Positions 63,216-64,000 of a stretch of DNA of 64,000 nt are shown piece by piece. The stretch covers positions 1,684,455 to 1,748,454 of the forward strand of contig OY969112.1 in assembly GCA_963698025.1 (NCBI GenBank), given 5' to 3'. Each line of letters opens with the position of its first letter. The stretch's first letter is position 1. This DNA is from an uncultured Acidobacteriota bacterium (GTDB taxonomy: Bacteria; Acidobacteriota; Thermoanaerobaculia; Multivoradales; UBA5704). The notes below the pieces were generated by a model. That model was not told where the DNA came from, searched no databases, and worked only from the letters and a program-made list of their open reading frames with translations. The translations under genes and the position numbers were made by a program.

Positions 63216-64000
63216 GTGTTCGACTTCACTCTCAGTTTCGTGAAAAGCCAAGGAGGTTATGTGCTCTGCGCGGAGAGCCCATTCCTCGCGGGGCAAGCTC
63301 CTCCGGTCTCCTTCCAGATGAAAAATGTACGCACCACCGACTCCTCGCCGCAGCTGACGCGGGATCTCGAAGGAGGGTTTCGACACGGACACTCTCCGGT
63401 CGACCCGTGCACAGGCCCCGTCCAGATCGGCCAAGCTCTCTACAGGCAGATCTTTTCGGGCGAGGTCGGAGAACTTTTTTCACGTGCCCGGGAACTGGCC
63501 GGCAAGGAACGATCCGGTTTACGCATTCTGATCAAGTCATGGCACGACCCTGAAATTCACGATCTGCCATGGGAGCTTCTCCACGACGGCCGGCGGTTTC
63601 TGGCTCAGTCGACTGAAACCCCGGTCGTGCGCTTGCTGGAGCAGCGGCGTCCTCTCAGGGAATTCCGGATCGAGCCACCCATTCGCCTCCTGCTGACCAC
63701 TGCCTGTCCCCCGGAGTGCTCTCCGCTCAGCCTTCAGGAAGAGGAGGAGCGATTGCGCGCGGCGCTCATGCCGATCAGAGAGCAGGTGGTCCTGGTTCCC
63801 GAGCATCAAATCAGCCTCGAACGTCTTCGGTTTCTCCTCTTCCGGGCGCGGTCGCAAGGAAGGCCCTTCCACGTCTGGCATCATGCCGGGCATGGAGCGC
63901 TGGAAGCAGGCGGCTTCTCCCTGGCGCTGACGAACTCGAAAGGTTCGGTTCAATGGGCGAGCGTCGCCGATCTCACTCCGGTGTTCACACCGTGTGAAGA
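63216..64000 (+). CDS. CHAT (caspase HetF-associated) domain protein, N-terminal part; runs off the right edge
   Basis: AGGGAGGA RBS and GTG start; open frame with 'IGQALYRQIF', 'DLPWELLHD', 'FHVWHHAGHG'; absent from the ORF track because it has no stop. Confidence 0.82.
   Translation, partial: MFDFTLSFVKSQGGYVLCAESPFLAGQAPPVSFQMKNVRTTDSSPQLTRDLEGGFRHGHSPVDPCTGPVQIGQALYRQIFSGEVGELFSRARELAGKERSGLRILIKSWHDPEIHDLPWELLHDGRRFLAQSTETPVVRLLEQRRPLREFRIEPPIRLLLTTACPPECSPLSLQEEEERLRAALMPIREQVVLVPEHQISLERLRFLLFRARSQGRPFHVWHHAGHGALEAGGFSLALTNSKGSVQWASVADLTPVFTPCE

Overview
GC-rich bacterial chromosomal window, probably Acidobacteriota (Thermoanaerobaculia-like; inferred from gene content and repeat families). 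Core genes: a sigma54-driven MacB-type ABC export operon, an ECF sigma/anti-sigma operon, uppP, rfbB-rfbC-DUF4301, glnA, sdhCAB, pcnB, an osmoprotectant ABC transporter, ndk and sucCD (sucD has a 1-bp frameshift). Accessory content: three complete toxin-antitoxin pairs plus orphan halves, and an island at about 28.3-36.3 kb. The island contains a duplicated gene end, a LamG/collagen protein, a group II intron 3' remnant, a 1032-aa alpha-toroid/AAA+ ATPase and an integron-like HigBA cassette with an attC-like site. A duplicated sucC 5' end flanks a Uma2 gene, and a CHAT-domain gene runs off the right edge. The most novel-looking signals are non-coding: (i) four dispersed small-RNA-like units sharing a 5' GCG(A/G)GGA(G/C)G motif, a CUCCUC anti-Shine-Dalgarno-like tract and an intrinsic terminator; (ii) 21-bp and 41-bp periodic arrays of covarying palindromes; (iii) seven genes with a -10 box exactly 6 nt before the start codon (leaderless). 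No tRNA, rRNA, CRISPR array or transposase was recognised. All calls were made by eye, without database searches.
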